DNA of 63,997 nucleotides, counting the filler, from Acidimicrobiia bacterium (GTDB taxonomy: Bacteria > Actinomycetota > Acidimicrobiia > Spongiisociales > SHLN01): the NCBI GenBank assembly GCA_041619515.1. It is 3 parts of 3 records of this genome, joined end to end, with 100 filler letters (N's around TTAATTAATTAA, not from the genome) between each part and the next. Parts side by side here need not be neighbours in the genome. Positions count along the whole stretch, not along the records: positions 1 to 23,291 come from JBFKDW010000045.1; positions 23,392 to 46,464 come from JBFKDW010000046.1; 1 more part is not named here. One strand, 5' to 3'. How positions within the stretch are numbered: position 1 is the first letter of the stretch; the number at the start of each line of letters is the position of its first letter. A program made the translations under genes and the position numbers. Shown here in pieces: positions 18,250 through 28,495 of this stretch. The notes under the pieces are model-generated. The model was not told the origin of the DNA, did no database searches, and saw only the letters and a program-made list of their open reading frames with translations.

Positions 18250-20676
18250 TCAATTGTCGGTGGGCAGCCGGGCGAGGATCACCGAGGCCATCTCGTCGAT
18301 GGCCGGCGCTTCGAACAGGGAGTAGTGATCGGTGTCGATCCTGTATGTGTCGACTTGCGGGCTGTAGGCATCCCAGCCGAAGTGGAAGTCGCCCCCTTCG
18401 GCGTCGCGAGAGTGGCTCGATCGGATGAGAGTGATCGGAGTGGACGAGGCCCTCGGTTCCCAATTCCGGAAGGCCCGGTCACAGGCCTGGGCTACCTGTC
18501 CGCGATTGGCCCGGTGGCGACCCTCGGCGCCTGCGAACGAGCCATCCCACCACAGCTTTCCGCGGTGACGCAGCCGCCTGACCGCGGCCTTGAGCGCGCC
18601 CGAGGGTCCCCGGGTTCGCCACACCGCGGCGGCGCGTGCGACCAGGGTCGTTGCCCTGGCAGCCTCCAGCGGGAGGCCGGAGTCGATGAGAGCCAGCAAC
18701 TCGACGTCCTCGCCCATGGCGGTGAGCTGATGGGACATCTCGAGCGCAACGGCCCCCCCGAAGCAGTAGCCGACCAGCCGAAACGGACCGTCCGGCTGCA
18801 CCGAGCGAAGCTCTTCGATGTAGCGGGCTGCCATCTCCGGGACCGACTCGAGAGGATCCACGCCACCGTCCAGGCCGACCGGCTCGAGGCCGTACACCGG
18901 CTGATCCTCGCCCAGCCGGCTCGCCAGCTCGCGGTAGAACAGCACGTCTCCGCCACCACCGTGCACGCACACGATGGCAGGCTTGTCTCCGGCAGTCTGG
19001 AAGGGCACGAGGCACTCGCCTCCAGCCGGCCGGCTGGTTTCGCCGGTGACCACTCCCGCCAGGCCCCCGACGGTGGAGTGACGCACCAGGGTGTGGAGGG
19101 GAAGGGCGGTGCCGAACTCCTCCTCGATGCGCCCGAACAGGCGGATCGCCCCCAGGGAAGTGCCGCCGAGCGCGAAGTAGTCGTCGTCGACTCCAACCTC
19201 GTCGAGATCGAGCAGATCCTCCCAGATGGCGGCAATCCGCACCTCGGCATCGGTGGCGGGCGCCCGGGAGGCTCGTGCACCGGTCGGTCCATCCGGCCGA
19301 GGGGTGGAGAGCGTGGGGAGCGCATCGAGACCATTCGGTGACGCGCTGAGCTCCCCGACGGTGCGCCCGGGATCCTCCACCAGCTTGGTTAGTGCAGCCA
19401 CGAGCCCTCCGAGGATTTGGCGAGCCGCCCCGGGACCGCACCTGGCCCGATCGAACCGGAGGTGTATCCGCCATGGATCGCTCAGCGTCACAGCAATGGT
19501 GAGGGGAAAGGCTGCGGTCAGGCCGCTGCGAAAATCCGACATGGCAATGGTGCCCTCGTCACTCCCGGCTTGGGTCGGGAAGTTCTCGAACACGAGGAAT
19601 GTCTCGAAGAGCTGGCGATGGCCGGGGACTTCGCTCCACCGGTGCACGTCTGCCAGCGAGGCATGCTCAAAGGGCTGCATCTCGAATTGTTCGTTGCGAA
19701 GCGCCTGCAGCCAGTCGGCGACTGTCTGGTCGTGGTCGAGCACTGCGCGAATCGGAACTGCGTTCGAGAAATAGCCGACCAGGCGCTCCATGCCGGCGAT
19801 GGGTGCCGACCGTCCGGCAACCGTGGTCCCGAACACGACATCGTCCGAACCGAACAGCCTGCTCAAGACCACCGACCAGGCCGCTTGGAACACGGCGTTG
19901 GGAGTCACGTGGAGTTGCGAGGCGAATCCTTCGATCGTGCCGCCGAGCTCCCGGCTCAGGTCGGCGGACTCCCAGCCGTGGTCGGCGGCGTCGGGCTCGA
20001 TGGAGCCGACGGTGAGGTGTGGGGCGCCCGCGTAACCGGCCAGGCGGTCCCGCCAGTACCCCTCGACGGCGGCATCGTCGCGCGCAGTCGCCCATGCCAC
20101 GTACCGGCGGAGATCGAGCTCGGCGGCTTCGCCGCGGTTGTGGTAGGCCGCCATCACATCCTCGAGGACGATGGCCGCCGACCAGCCGTCCGTGAAGATG
20201 TGGTGGCAGGTCCAGACGACTTCATGCACGTCGGTCCCGGTGCGGATGACATGCACCCGCATGACGGGCGCCTGTGTGAAGTCGAGGCCCTCGGCACGAT
20301 CTTGCTGCAGCAGCCTGCTCATCTGCCGCTCCTGCTCCCCGGGGTCGATCCGGGCCCAATTGGACTGGATCCACGGGAGTTCGACGGCGCGCCAGATCAC
20401 CGCCATCGGGTCGCCGTCGTCCCGGTCGTGGATCGACATCCTGAGGGCCTGATGGCGGTCGACGGCGCGCCGCCACGCCCCCTCCAGACGAGTGAGGTCG
20501 AGCGGCCCGTTGAGAGTGAAGCGAACCTGGAGGAACCCGGGATCCTCGGTGGGGTTCAGCTCGCGCAGGAGGAGCAGCGCCCGCTGGTTAGAGAGCAATG
20601 GGAGGATTGCCTCCACATTGCGGCGGCTATCTGCCGCGGCCCCGTGTGGCACGGTCCCGGTGGTGGGCGCGGTCAT
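18250..20676 (-). CDS. NRPS terminal protein C-PCP-TE with no adenylation domain
   Basis: C domain HHIFTDG and FGTTVAGR, PCP DYFALGGTSL, TE GYCFGG. No A-domain core motifs between C and PCP. Confidence 0.88.
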   Translation of the reverse strand: MTAPTTGTVPHGAAADSRRNVEAILPLLSNQRALLLLRELNPTEDPGFLQVRFTLNGPLDLTRLEGAWRRAVDRHQALRMSIHDRDDGDPMAVIWRAVELPWIQSNWARIDPGEQERQMSRLLQQDRAEGLDFTQAPVMRVHVIRTGTDVHEVVWTCHHIFTDGWSAAIVLEDVMAAYHNRGEAAELDLRRYVAWATARDDAAVEGYWRDRLAGYAGAPHLTVGSIEPDAADHGWESADLSRELGGTIEGFASQLHVTPNAVFQAAWSVVLSRLFGSDDVVFGTTVAGRSAPIAGMERLVGYFSNAVPIRAVLDHDQTVADWLQALRNEQFEMQPFEHASLADVHRWSEVPGHRQLFETFLVFENFPTQAGSDEGTIAMSDFRSGLTAAFPLTIAVTLSDPWRIHLRFDRARCGPGAARQILGGLVAALTKLVEDPGRTVGELSASPNGLDALPTLSTPRPDGPTGARASRAPATDAEVRIAAIWEDLLDLDEVGVDDDYFALGGTSLGAIRLFGRIEEEFGTALPLHTLVRHSTVGGLAGVVTGETSRPAGGECLVPFQTAGDKPAIVCVHGGGGDVLFYRELASRLGEDQPVYGLEPVGLDGGVDPLESVPEMAARYIEELRSVQPDGPFRLVGYCFGGAVALEMSHQLTAMGEDVELLALIDSGLPLEAARATTLVARAAAVWRTRGPSGALKAAVRRLRHRGKLWWDGSFAGAEGRHRANRGQVAQACDRAFRNWEPRASSTPITLIRSSHSRDAEGGDFHFGWDAYSPQVDTYRIDTDHYSLFEAPAIDEMASVILARLPTDN

Positions 20677-23291
20677 GCGATGCCGTCCAGGAACCGGTCG
20701 AGCTCGGCTTGGCCCAGGCCGGCCTCGGGAAAATCCGACGGCGTGAAACCGCCGGCCGCTCCGCTGAGGCAGTGCTCGACGAGGTTGGTCAGGATGTCCA
20801 TGTACCGGTTGGCCACGTGCTTGATGGTCGAAACGTCGTGAACCGCTTCGCTGAAGTACCAATTGACCGTGAGCCGGTCCGACTGCACACTCGCCACCAC
20901 CTCGACGAGGTGGGAGCGGGGGTTTCGATCGTCCCGCGATGAGTCGTCCGCCCCGGCCACCGGGGTGAGAAATGCATCTGCCCGAGTATCGCGCGCCCTG
21001 CTGAGGTAGTTGAAGAGCACCTCCGGGTCCGTGTGGCCGCTGAACCCGTCGGCGCGGTCGAGATAGCGGAGGGCGCCGTATCCGATGCCACCGGCCGGCA
21101 CCGCCCGCAGCCGTTCCTTCACGTACTTGATGATTTCGCCCTCGCCACGAGGCAGGTTCATGCTGAGCGGGTAGTAGGCGGTGAACCAGCCGACGGTTCG
21201 GGAGAGGTCAACGCCGGCGACGTCGGCCGGGCGGCCGTGTCCTTCCACGGCTACCCGGATGTTGCGGGAGCCGCTCCACTCGGCCAGCGCCTCTCCGAGG
21301 GCTGCGATCAGCAGATCCTCGGCCCGGCTGTTGTACGCCTCGTTGGCCGCCGTCATGAGGTGGTGGGTGGCCGCCGGGTCGAGCTGTGTCTGCAAGAGGC
21401 GGGCGGAGGCTTCGGTCCCCGAACCGGTTCCCGTCCGGTCCCTCGGAAGATCAGCCGGGGGGTCGGCCGAGAGCCAGAAGGAACGCTGGTCGCTGCGGTC
21501 CTGCTCGCCAAGCAGACGAACCCAGTCTCGAAACGACGTGGTCCGCTCGGGAAGCGATATGGCGGCGGATTCCCGCGCCTGGCGGTAGGCCACGCTGATG
21601 TCCTCGCTGAGGACGGCCCACGACACCGCGTCGACGACCAGATGGTGGACGGCCAGCAGCAGAAACACCCTGCCGGTGTCGACCCGCCGCAGGAGCAGCG
21701 CTCGCGCCACCGGGCCGTTCTGCAGGTCGAGACCCGCCTGCACCGTTCGGATGGCCGCAAAAGCGCCGCTCTCGTCGGCTTCAACCGTCTCGAGGATCAG
21801 TTCCCGCTCCGGGTCGATCGTCTGCTGCCACCCGTCGTCGTGATGCTCGAAACGGGCTCGCAACATGTCGTGATGGTCGACACACGCCTGGAGCGCTGCC
21901 TGGAGGGCCGAGTGGTCGACGTCGGCCGGCACTTCGTAGAGGGTTGACTGATTCCAATGATCGGGCACGGCCATCTGGGAATCGAAGAACCAGTGCTGCA
22001 TCGGCCCGAGCGGCACCGTGCCCGACACCGGACCGCCATGGGAGGTCGCCGGGCTGCTGAGCCCGGCAGCCGCCGCCAATCCCTCGACGGTGGGGCTCCG
22101 GGTGATCTGGCCCGGCTCGATGTGCAGGCCGTGCTGGCGGGCGCGAGAGATCATTTGGATGCTGATGATCGAGTCGCCTCCCAGGGCGAAGAAATCATCG
22201 GTCACGCTCAGGTCGTCGATGCCGAGCAGTTCCTGCCAGATCGAGGCAAGGGTGGCTTCGACCTCAGTGCGAGGCGCCACCGCGGCGTGAGCCGGCACCA
22301 GTGACCGCGGGTCGGGGAGCCGGGCGTAGTCGAGCTTTCCGTTTGGCAGACGCGGCATGTCCGCGACCGGCACGATCACGTCGGGGACCATGAACTCCGG
22401 GAGCTGGGTGTGGAGGGCGGCCCGCAGGGCGCCGACGTCGGCCGATTGATCCTCCCAGCTCACGTAGGCGACCAGCTGGGCGGTCGGTCGGCCGTCGAGG
22501 CGGTGTCCCGTCACCGCAGCTTCACGGACGGAAGGCTGGGAGCGAATGGCGGCCTCGACTGCGTTGGTTTCTATGCGGTGGCCGCGGATCTTGAGCTGCC
22601 GGTCGGCCCGCCCCAGGAACTCGAGGCTGCCGTCCGGCCGGTAGGCCGCCAGGTCCCCCGTGCGGTACAGGCGCTCGGGTGTCCCGTCGATGTCTGCGGC
22701 CACGAACCGTTCGGCGGTGAGGTCGGGCCGGCCCAGGTATCCGGTGGCGACGCCCTCGCCGGCGACACACAGCTCGCCGGCAAACCCGGGCGGGACCAGG
22801 CGGCCGTGGGAGTCGAGGATGTAGAGCCTCGTCCCGGCAATCGGGCGGCCGATCGGAAGTGGACGGCCGACATCGGCCGCGGTGGCGCGGTGGGCACTGC
22901 ACCACACCGTCGCTTCGGTCGGCCCGTATTCGTTGTGCAGCTCGGCATGAGGCACCCGCCGGATGTGCGATTCGAGCACCGCCGAGGGGCAGGCTTCGCC
23001 CGCCACGATTGCCACCTCGAGGCTGTCGAGCTCGCCGTCGCCTGCATGCTCCACCAGCAGCTGATAGAGGGCCGGGAGGCACAGCAGGTGGGTGGCTCCC
23101 TCATCGGCGGCCAGCGCCACCAGCCGGTCGATGTCCTGTTCGAGCTTGGGCGCCGGGAGCACGAGCGTCCCGCCGCTGCAGAGCGTCCAGAAGATCCCGA
23201 CCACCGAGCTGTCGAACGCGAATGAGGAGAGCAGCAAGAACCGGCCGACCGGCCGGCCGTAGTGGGCGTCGCGGGCGAGGGTCGAGTGCAC
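20673..23291 (-). CDS. NRPS A-PCP-E module (5' part missing at contig end)
   Basis: FAFDSS, NEYGPTE, YRTGD and NGKLD (A domain); FFALGGDSI (PCP preceding E); HHLVVDAVSW, EGHGR and RTVGWFT (E domain). Confidence 0.93.
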   Translation of the reverse strand: MHSTLARDAHYGRPVGRFLLLSSFAFDSSVVGIFWTLCSGGTLVLPAPKLEQDIDRLVALAADEGATHLLCLPALYQLLVEHAGDGELDSLEVAIVAGEACPSAVLESHIRRVPHAELHNEYGPTEATVWCSAHRATAADVGRPLPIGRPIAGTRLYILDSHGRLVPPGFAGELCVAGEGVATGYLGRPDLTAERFVAADIDGTPERLYRTGDLAAYRPDGSLEFLGRADRQLKIRGHRIETNAVEAAIRSQPSVREAAVTGHRLDGRPTAQLVAYVSWEDQSADVGALRAALHTQLPEFMVPDVIVPVADMPRLPNGKLDYARLPDPRSLVPAHAAVAPRTEVEATLASIWQELLGIDDLSVTDDFFALGGDSIISIQMISRARQHGLHIEPGQITRSPTVEGLAAAAGLSSPATSHGGPVSGTVPLGPMQHWFFDSQMAVPDHWNQSTLYEVPADVDHSALQAALQACVDHHDMLRARFEHHDDGWQQTIDPERELILETVEADESGAFAAIRTVQAGLDLQNGPVARALLLRRVDTGRVFLLLAVHHLVVDAVSWAVLSEDISVAYRQARESAAISLPERTTSFRDWVRLLGEQDRSDQRSFWLSADPPADLPRDRTGTGSGTEASARLLQTQLDPAATHHLMTAANEAYNSRAEDLLIAALGEALAEWSGSRNIRVAVEGHGRPADVAGVDLSRTVGWFTAYYPLSMNLPRGEGEIIKYVKERLRAVPAGGIGYGALRYLDRADGFSGHTDPEVLFNYLSRARDTRADAFLTPVAGADDSSRDDRNPRSHLVEVVASVQSDRLTVNWYFSEAVHDVSTIKHVANRYMDILTNLVEHCLSGAAGGFTPSDFPEAGLGQAELDRFLDGIA

Positions 23292-23391
23292 NNNNNNNNN
23301 NNNNNNNNNNNNNNNNNNNNNNNNNNNNNNNNNNNTTAATTAATTAANNNNNNNNNNNNNNNNNNNNNNNNNNNNNNNNNNNNNNNNNNNN
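23292..23391. other. Artificial contig linker
   Basis: N run, TTAATTAATTAA (stops in all frames), N run. Confidence 0.98.
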
Positions 23392-23754
23392 CGGCGCGGC
23401 AAGACCGCAGGCCGCGGCACCAAGGGAACGGGCGCTCGCAACAAGCTGCGGCCCGGGTTCGAGGGCGGGCAGCTGCCCCTGGCCCGCCGGGTTCCCAAGC
23501 TGCGCGGATTCAACCGGGCCAACAAGGAATACTTCGCGCTCGTCAACGTGGGCCGCCTCGGGGACTTTCCCGCCAAGGCCACCGTGGGGCCCGATGAGCT
23601 GCGGGCGGCCGGGCTCGTCAAGAAGCGCGGCCGGGTCAAGGTGCTCGGGGAGGGCGAGATCACCCGCGCCATCACGGTGCGGGCGCACGCCTTCAGCCTC
23701 GGCGCCGTCGAGAAGATAACCGCAGCCGGCGGCAGCGCCGAAGTGATCGAGTAG
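23392..23754 (+). CDS. rplO: 50S ribosomal protein L15 (partial)
   Basis: GKTAGRGTKG..AR, GFEGGQLPL, VKVLGEG and KITAAGG. Confidence 0.95.
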   Translation, partial: RRGKTAGRGTKGTGARNKLRPGFEGGQLPLARRVPKLRGFNRANKEYFALVNVGRLGDFPAKATVGPDELRAAGLVKKRGRVKVLGEGEITRAITVRAHAFSLGAVEKITAAGGSAEVIE

Positions 23755-23766
23755 GGGAGGTTCGGC

Positions 23767-25104
23767 GTGCTATCGGTCTTCCGGAACATGTTCCGTATCC
23801 CGGACCTGCGCCGGAAGATCTTCTTCACGCTGTTCATCTTTCTGGTCTACCGCATCGGCACCGCCATCCCATCGCCGGGTGTGGATTTGGACGCCGTCCG
23901 GGAGGTCACCGAGCTCCAAGAGCAGGGTGGGGTCATCGGGCTCATCAACCTCTTCAGCGGAGGCGCCCTCGAGCAGCTGTCGGTGTTCTCGCTGGGAGTG
24001 CTGCCCTACATCACCGCCTCCATCATCATGCAGCTGCTGACGGTCGTCATTCCCAGGCTGCAGAAGCTCCAGGAGGAGGGCGAGTCGGGCCGGCAGGTCA
24101 TAACCCAGTGGACCCGCTACTCGACCGTGGCCCTCGCAGTGCTCCAGTCGACCGGCATCAGCTTCCTGATGGCGAGGGGCCAGCTCACCGGCGGGATCTC
24201 GATCATACCCGACTACACGGCCGGGACCGCCATCCTCATCGTGACCACGTTGACCGCCGGTACGGCTTTCGTCATGTGGCTGGGAGAGTTGATCACCCAG
24301 CGCGGCGTCGGTAACGGCATGTCGCTGCTCATCTTCATCAGCATCGTGAGTGCCCTGCCCGCCCAGTTCGCCAGTGCCTGGTCCACCTCCAACCCGCGGG
24401 CCGAGTTCGCCATTCTGTGCAGCGTGTTCCTGTTCATGGTGATCGCCATCATCTTCGTCGAGCAGGGTCAGCGCCGGATCCCGATCCAGTTCGCCAAGCG
24501 GGTACGGGGTCGGCGGGTGATGGGCGGCCAGGCCACCTACATTCCGCTCAAGGTCAACAATGCCGGCGTCATCCCGATCATCTTCGCCACCGCCGTCCTC
24601 TACTTCCCGACTCTGCTGGTGACGGTGGTCCCTTCGGGCGACACCGGGTTCTGGGCCAGCGTCCGGGTGTGGGTGGACAACTTCTCCGGTGCCGGCCAGA
24701 ACGTAGGCCACGCCGGCGGCCCCGTCAGCCTCGAGATGCAGCTCTTCTACATGCTGGTGTTGTTCTTGCTCATCGTCTTCTTCACCTATTTCTACACCGC
24801 CATTCAGTTCGACCCGGTCAAGCAGGCCGAGACCATCCAGCGCCAGGGTGGGTTCGTGCCCGGCATCCGCCCGGGGCCCCCCACCGCCCGCCATCTCGAG
24901 TACATCCTCAGCCGCATCACGCTGCCCGGCTCGCTCTTCCTCGGCACCATCTCGATCCTGCCGACGATCGTTTCGATCGTCTTCGACGTGACCTTTGCCT
25001 TCGGCGGCATCTCGATCCTGATCGTGGTCGGCGTCGCCCTCGAGACCATGAAGCAGATCGAATCCCAGCTCATGATGCGCAACTACGAGGGGTTCCTGGC
25101 CTGA
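23767..25104 (+). CDS. secY: Preprotein translocase SecY
   Basis: LGVLPYITASII, GNGMSL, AGVIPIIFA and PGIRPG. Confidence 0.97.
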   Translation: MLSVFRNMFRIPDLRRKIFFTLFIFLVYRIGTAIPSPGVDLDAVREVTELQEQGGVIGLINLFSGGALEQLSVFSLGVLPYITASIIMQLLTVVIPRLQKLQEEGESGRQVITQWTRYSTVALAVLQSTGISFLMARGQLTGGISIIPDYTAGTAILIVTTLTAGTAFVMWLGELITQRGVGNGMSLLIFISIVSALPAQFASAWSTSNPRAEFAILCSVFLFMVIAIIFVEQGQRRIPIQFAKRVRGRRVMGGQATYIPLKVNNAGVIPIIFATAVLYFPTLLVTVVPSGDTGFWASVRVWVDNFSGAGQNVGHAGGPVSLEMQLFYMLVLFLLIVFFTYFYTAIQFDPVKQAETIQRQGGFVPGIRPGPPTARHLEYILSRITLPGSLFLGTISILPTIVSIVFDVTFAFGGISILIVVGVALETMKQIESQLMMRNYEGFLA

Positions 25105-25148
25105 AGCTGGGGAATCGACGGCGCCGGTGACTCGGTAACCTCTCCACC

Positions 25149-25712
25149 ATGGGACGAAGACTGCTGATGCTGGGCCCCCCCGGGGCCGGAAAAGGTACAC
25201 AAGCTGAGCGTCTGGCGCGCGCGCTGGGCGTTCCCCACCTGTCGACGGGTGACATGCTGCGGGCAAACGTCGGGAACGATACCGAGCTGGGCCGCCAGGC
25301 CAGGGCCTTCATGGAGGCCGGAGACCTCGTGCCCGACGAGCTCGTAACCGCCATGGTCGTCGACCGGTTGCAGCAGGAGGACGCCGCGTGCGGCTATCTG
25401 CTGGACGGCTACCCCCGCAACCCCGCCCAGGCCGAAGCCCTCCTCGAAGCGTTCGGCGTCGAGGTGCTGGAGCTGGCCCTGTTGCTGGAGGTCGACGCCG
25501 AGGAGCTCGTCAAGCGGCTGGTGCTGCGGGGGCAGGAGCAGGGTCGGGCCGACGACAGCGAGGAGGTGATTCGCAACCGGCTGGCCGTCTACGAGGAGCA
25601 GACTGCGCCCCTGGTCGAGTACTACGAGTCGCAGCAACGGCTGGCCCGGGTTGACGGGCTCGGGTCCATCCCCGAGGTCTTCGGACGGCTCATCGAGGTC
25701 CTGGCGGCGTGA
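25149..25712 (+). CDS. adk: Adenylate kinase (short LID)
   Basis: GPPGAGKGTQ, STGDMLR, LDGYPR and RADD. Confidence 0.96.
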   Translation: MGRRLLMLGPPGAGKGTQAERLARALGVPHLSTGDMLRANVGNDTELGRQARAFMEAGDLVPDELVTAMVVDRLQQEDAACGYLLDGYPRNPAQAEALLEAFGVEVLELALLLEVDAEELVKRLVLRGQEQGRADDSEEVIRNRLAVYEEQTAPLVEYYESQQRLARVDGLGSIPEVFGRLIEVLAA

Positions 25713-26461
25713 TCACCATCAAGGACGAAAGCGGCTTTGCCAAGATGCGGATCGCCAGCCGGACGGTGGCCGAGGTGCTGACGGCGTTGCGAGCGGCGGC
25801 GGCACCGGGGGTGAGCATGACCGACCTCGACCAGGTCGCCGCCGGGATCATCCGTGATCGCGGCTGCACCCCCTCGTTCCTCGGCTACCACGGCTATCCC
25901 GCCACCATCTGCACCTCTCCCAACAACGTGATCGTCCACGGCATCCCCGACGGCTACCAGCTGAAAGACGGTGACATCCTCTCGGTGGATGTGGGCGCCG
26001 TCTATCAGGGGTATCACGGCGATGCCGCCCGCACCTTCGCCATCGGAGACGTTCCCGATGAAGTCGCCAAGCTCATCCGGGTGACAGAGGAGTCGATGCA
26101 GGCCGGCATCCGCCAGGTCAAGGCGGGGGCACGCATCGGCGATGTCGGTGCCGCCGTACAGCAGGTCGCCGAAGGCGCCGGCTTCTCGGTGGTACGCGAA
26201 TACGTCGGGCACGGCATCGGCGAGCAGATGCACGAGGAGCCTCAGATCCCGAACTACGGCGAACCCGGGAAGGGCATGAAACTCAAGGAGGGGATGGCCA
26301 TCTGCATCGAGCCCATGGTCAACATGGGGGACTGGCGCACCGAGGTCCAGGACGACGGCTGGACTGTCACGACCGCCGACGGCAGCCTCTCCGCCCACTT
26401 CGAAAACACCATCGCCATCACCCGGGACGGTGTCGAAGTAATGACGGCCGGCGACGACTAG
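25709..26461 (+). CDS. map: Methionine aminopeptidase
   Basis: HGIP, DVGA, GHGIG, HEEP, IEPM and AHFENT. Confidence 0.96.
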   Translation: MITIKDESGFAKMRIASRTVAEVLTALRAAAAPGVSMTDLDQVAAGIIRDRGCTPSFLGYHGYPATICTSPNNVIVHGIPDGYQLKDGDILSVDVGAVYQGYHGDAARTFAIGDVPDEVAKLIRVTEESMQAGIRQVKAGARIGDVGAAVQQVAEGAGFSVVREYVGHGIGEQMHEEPQIPNYGEPGKGMKLKEGMAICIEPMVNMGDWRTEVQDDGWTVTTADGSLSAHFENTIAITRDGVEVMTAGDD

Positions 26462-26543
26462 CCGCTCATCGTCGAGGTTGCTGTTAGTGAGAAACTCCGG
26501 CTAACATTCCACGTCTGGCTGTCCGCGGCCTTTTTGAGGTCCA

Positions 26544-26765
26544 GTGGCGAGAAAAGACGACGTAATTGAGATCGAGGGCACTGTCGTCGAGCCTCTCCCG
26601 AACGCAATGTTTCGTGTGAAGCTCGACAACGAGCACCAGGTCCTCGCTCACGTCTCCGGGAAGATGCGGATGCACTACATCAAGATTCTCCCCGGGGATC
26701 GGGTGCGTATGGAGCTGACTCCGTACGATCTCAGCCGAGGCAGGATCACGTATCGGTATAAATGA
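26544..26765 (+). CDS. infA: Translation initiation factor IF-1
   Basis: [13 protein letters not shown] and PYDLSRGRI. Confidence 0.97.
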   Translation: MARKDDVIEIEGTVVEPLPNAMFRVKLDNEHQVLAHVSGKMRMHYIKILPGDRVRMELTPYDLSRGRITYRYK

Positions 26766-26878
26766 AAGTTCGACCATCGGCCAAGAAGATGTGTGAGCGC
26801 TGCCGGATCATCCGGCGGCACGGGCGCGTGTGGGTGATTTGCCCGAGCAACCCGCGCCACAAGCAGCGACAGGGATAA
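26762..26878 (+). CDS. rpmJ: 50S ribosomal protein L36 (not in ORF track)
   Basis: Manual translation [38 protein letters not shown]. Confidence 0.96.
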   Translation: MKVRPSAKKMCERCRIIRRHGRVWVICPSNPRHKQRQG

Positions 26879-26881
26879 CGC

Positions 26882-27262
26882 ATGGCACGTATTGCAGGAG
26901 TGGACCTTCCTCGGGACAAGAGGGCCGAGGTTGCCCTCACCTATATCTATGGCCTCGGGCCTACCCGGGCCAAGCTCGTGTGTGAGCTCGCCGAAGTCTC
27001 GGTAGACACGCGCATTCGAGACCTGACCGAGGACGAGGTCCTCAAGATCCGGCGGGCGATCGAACAGCAATTCCGCGTCGAGGGTGACCTCAGACGCGAA
27101 GTCGCCCAGAACATCAAGCGCAAGATCGACATCGGCTCGTACCAGGGCATCCGGCACCGCCGGGGCCTGCCCGTGCGCGGCCAGAGGACCCACACGAACG
27201 CCCGGACCCGCAAGGGGCCCCGCCACGCAATCGCCGGCAAGAAGAAGGCAGTGAAGAAGTAG
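26882..27262 (+). CDS. rpsM: 30S ribosomal protein S13
   Basis: [10 protein letters not shown] and [15 protein letters not shown]. Confidence 0.97.
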   Translation: MARIAGVDLPRDKRAEVALTYIYGLGPTRAKLVCELAEVSVDTRIRDLTEDEVLKIRRAIEQQFRVEGDLRREVAQNIKRKIDIGSYQGIRHRRGLPVRGQRTHTNARTRKGPRHAIAGKKKAVKK

Positions 27263-27856
27263 ATGACCACCCCAGAAGCCCCCGAAGGTGCGGACGAGGC
27301 CGTAGAGCCCGCCGCCGAGCAGCCCGCCGCCGAGCAGCCGGCCGCCGAGACCGCGCCGCCCGTCGCCGACGAAGCCTCCTCCGCCCCCGAGACACCCGCC
27401 CCGGCCGAAGCCCCCGCCGCCGCTGCGGCGGCTGCCGACGCGCCGGCCGAAGAAGCACCTGGCCCGGTGGACGAGAAGGCCGCCCGCTCGCGGCGCCGTG
27501 AGCGACGCACCCTCTCCCACGGGCAGGCGCACATCCGCGCCACGTTCAACAACACGGTCATCACCATCTCCGACCTCCAGGGCAACGCCATCCTGTGGAC
27601 CTCGGGTGGCTCGGTGGGGTTCAAAGGGTCCCGCAAATCCACCCCGTACGCTGCCCAGGTGGCTGCCGAACAGGCGGCCCGCCAGGCCGGTGAATATGGC
27701 ATCCGCAAGGTCGATGTCATCGTGCGCGGCTCGGGCTCGGGCCGCGAGACCGCAGTGAGAACCCTGCAGGCCATGGGGCTCGAGGTCACCGGCATCAAGG
27801 ACGTCACCCCGCTGCCGCACAACGGCTGCCGGCCCAAGAAACGACGGCACGGCTGA
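27263..27856 (+). CDS. rpsK: 30S ribosomal protein S11 with about 70 aa acidic Ala/Pro-rich N-terminal extension
   Basis: [15 protein letters not shown] and PHNGCRP. Confidence 0.95.
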   Translation: MTTPEAPEGADEAVEPAAEQPAAEQPAAETAPPVADEASSAPETPAPAEAPAAAAAAADAPAEEAPGPVDEKAARSRRRERRTLSHGQAHIRATFNNTVITISDLQGNAILWTSGGSVGFKGSRKSTPYAAQVAAEQAARQAGEYGIRKVDVIVRGSGSGRETAVRTLQAMGLEVTGIKDVTPLPHNGCRPKKRRHG

Positions 27857-28482
27857 TGGCCCGCTACACAGGACCGGTCTGCAAGCTCTGCCGCCGCGAG
27901 CGCACCAAGCTCTTCTTGAAGGGAGCACGCTGCGAGTCATCCAAGTGCGCCATCGAGACCCGCCCCTACCCACCGGGTGAGCACGGTCGCGGCCGTATCA
28001 AAGAGACCCAGTACCTCATCCAGCTGCGGGAGAAGCAAAAGGCGCGGCGCATCTACGGTGTGCTCGAAAAGCAGTTCCGCAACTACTACAAGGAGGCCGC
28101 CCGACGGAGCGGCATCACCGGCGAGAACCTGCTCCGGATCCTCGAGAGCAGGCTCGACAACGTCGTCTATCGCTCCAACTTCGCCACCTCACGCGCCCAG
28201 GCCCGCCAGCTGGTGTCTCACGGTCACGTGCTCGTCGATGGCCGCAGGGTCGACAAGCCGTCCATCAGAGTGCGGCCGGGAACGGCCCTGGAGCTGCGGG
28301 AGCGCAGCAAGAACATGGTTGCCGTGCAGCACTCCATCGACACCATCGGAGATCGTGGAATCCCCGAGTGGCTCGAAGTCGATGCCGAGAACAAGAAGAT
28401 CACCGTCCGGGATCTGCCGACCCGGGCTCAAGTCGACACCCAAATCCAAGAACAGCTCATCGTCGAGCTCTACTCGAAGTAA
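27856..28482 (+). CDS. rpsD: 30S ribosomal protein S4
   Basis: [24 protein letters not shown] and IVELYSK. Confidence 0.97.
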   Translation: MARYTGPVCKLCRRERTKLFLKGARCESSKCAIETRPYPPGEHGRGRIKETQYLIQLREKQKARRIYGVLEKQFRNYYKEAARRSGITGENLLRILESRLDNVVYRSNFATSRAQARQLVSHGHVLVDGRRVDKPSIRVRPGTALELRERSKNMVAVQHSIDTIGDRGIPEWLEVDAENKKITVRDLPTRAQVDTQIQEQLIVELYSK

Positions 28483-28495
28483 CGGAGGGAGCCCT

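Noticed and set aside
23292..23391. TTAATTAATTAA palindrome, and apparent NRPS-ribosomal operon adjacency
   Set aside because: Artificial linker, repeated at 46465-46564. Genes on either side are not neighbours.
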